A DNA stretch of 63,072 bases, the filler included, from Folioceros fuciformis (lineage: Eukaryota): NCBI GenBank assembly GCA_049999805.1. It is 9 parts of 9 records of this genome, joined end to end, with 100 filler letters (N's around TTAATTAATTAA, not from the genome) between each part and the next. Parts side by side here need not be neighbours in the genome. Positions count along the whole stretch, not along the records: positions 61,477 to 63,072 come from JBNGIO010005727.1; 8 more parts are not named here. One strand, 5' to 3'. The notes beneath the pieces were generated by a model. That model was not told where the DNA came from. It saw only the letters and a list, made by a program, of their open reading frames with translations, and ran no database searches. Position 1 is the first letter of the stretch. Each line of letters opens with the position of its first letter. Positions 61,477 to 63,072 of the stretch are shown here, piece after piece. A program made the translations under genes and the position numbers.

Positions 61477-63072
61477 AATGTTTGTACCTTGATTCATGTT
61501 CGAGAACAATTTCATAGTCTAAGGATGAAGGAAGGGGATCCTATTGGGGCCTATGTCACAAAGTTGAGGTACCTCCGGGCACAGCTGTCCGCGATGGGAG
61601 CCAAGACGACTGATGTGGAAATGGTTGCTCAACTGCTGACCGGCTTGCCTCCCTCCTACCAGACTTTTATCTCCGGCCAAAATGCTTCTTTGCGGGCTGC
61701 CTATCAAGCAGCAGCAAGTGGACAGCCTACTAACTTGGACTTGAATGAGGTCATAGGCGCGGTTCTGCAAGAGGAGCAAAGCCGACACAAATCTGGTGGC
61801 AATCGAATGCGTGGTGAAAAGGTTCTCTTTGCTACAAAAGGCAAAGGACCTTGGAAGGGGAAAGGAAAGAAGGGGAACTCACCTCAGAATTGGCAATCCT
61901 CGACCTCTGCCACTGCCACACCAAAAAGACAGGGTAATTGTAACTGGTGCAAAGTCCCAGGTCACTGGGAACGTGACTGTCGCAAAAAGAAAGCTGGTGA
62001 AGCCAAGAAGGATAGCAAACCTGAGGCACATGTCACTTCTAATGAGAAGACAACCCAGCAAAAACACAAGAGCAGCAGTTCTGTGCTAACAGTTTGCTTG
62101 ACTTCTTACAGGGAAAATCCATCTTCTTGGTTTGTTGATTCAGGTGCCACAACGCACGTTTGCAACAACCGTCAACTCTTCTCCACCTTTCATAAACTGA
62201 GGACACCCCAATCTGTCTTTGTTGGTGACTCTAGAGGGGTAGAAGTCAAGGGCTGTGGAAGGGTAGTGATACCTTTGCTTGGTGGGGCGTCCTTGCATTT
62301 ATAAGATGTGCTACTTGTACCTGAAATGAGCAAGAACCTGTTGAGTATTAGGGCTATTGCACAAAGTCAGAGGTATGGTTTCCGTTTTGAGGACAACATG
62401 TGCTACATTTATGAGCTAGATCGTCCTCATGACTATTTTGCCAAGGCCATACTTGTGAATGACCTGTATCAACTTGTTACAGTCTCTAAGTCGAAGGCCA
62501 GGGCTCTAGTTGTTGCATCTCATGCACTAGCTAATGTTGAGCACGCTAGATTAGGACATGTTAACAAGTTTAAGCTAAATGCCATGGCTAATTCAGATTT
62601 GTATAGGGAAAAATTACCTTCATGTTTCAAGCTTCTAGAGGCCTGCAGCTCTTGCATTCTGTCCAAGCAGAAAGAGTTGCCCTTCAAAAATAAAGCACCA
62701 AATTGTGCTAAGGCCTTACTTGAACTTATCGTTGAACCATAGGGATCCAGTCAGCAATCTGCTCATATGCATCACTCTTGTATTTGAGAGGGAAAGTCCA
62801 CGTATACCTTGAGAAATCATCTGTCAAAGTTAGGTAGTATTCTGCTCCACCTAACGACTTGACTTGGATCTTCCCAGACGAGTCACCTGGTCAAGTGCTT
62901 CAGGACTAATAACGGTGGAGAGTTCATTGGTAACAATTTTGATGAGCTGTTCAAACAGTTTGGAATAATCCACCAACTTTCAGTCCCCTACATGCAGCAG
63001 CAAAACGGGGTGGCTGAACGTAAGGACCAGACCATCATGGGTATGACCAGGAGCATGCTGTCCTATTCAGGT
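61477..63072 (+). mobile_element. Copia-G gag, protease and integrase (relative of Copia-F) with an internal micro-inversion; continues past the window
   Basis: CNWCKVPGHWERDC, FVDSGATTH, HARLGH, RTNNGGEF, QQNGVAERK. Confidence 0.92.

Overview
Repeat-dense plant nuclear DNA from a gapped draft assembly (N-runs, some with TTAATTAATTAA spacers). A PLS-type PPR fragment, PEX11A and a secreted PPO suggest a land plant, possibly a non-seed plant (inference). Two host genes look intact: a 2-exon PEX11A (12887-13633) and a 3-exon polyphenol oxidase with a signal peptide and no C-terminal shield domain (37264-38761). The rest is mostly nested, decayed retroelements: at least 8 Ty1/copia copies or fragments, a group of related long (1.3-3 kb) TGT...CA Ty3/gypsy-type LTRs, CRE-like non-LTR fragments and minisatellites. 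The highlight is a decayed Ty3/gypsy element whose polyprotein has a C5-cytosine DNA methyltransferase in frame after the protease and a PHD finger after integrase. It appears in permuted order around a duplicated Copia insertion. Different Copia families also share accessory ORFs I do not recognise: a conserved antisense ORF between pol and the 3' LTR, and a conserved ORF upstream of gag. All protein assignments and alignments were made by eye; no database search was run.
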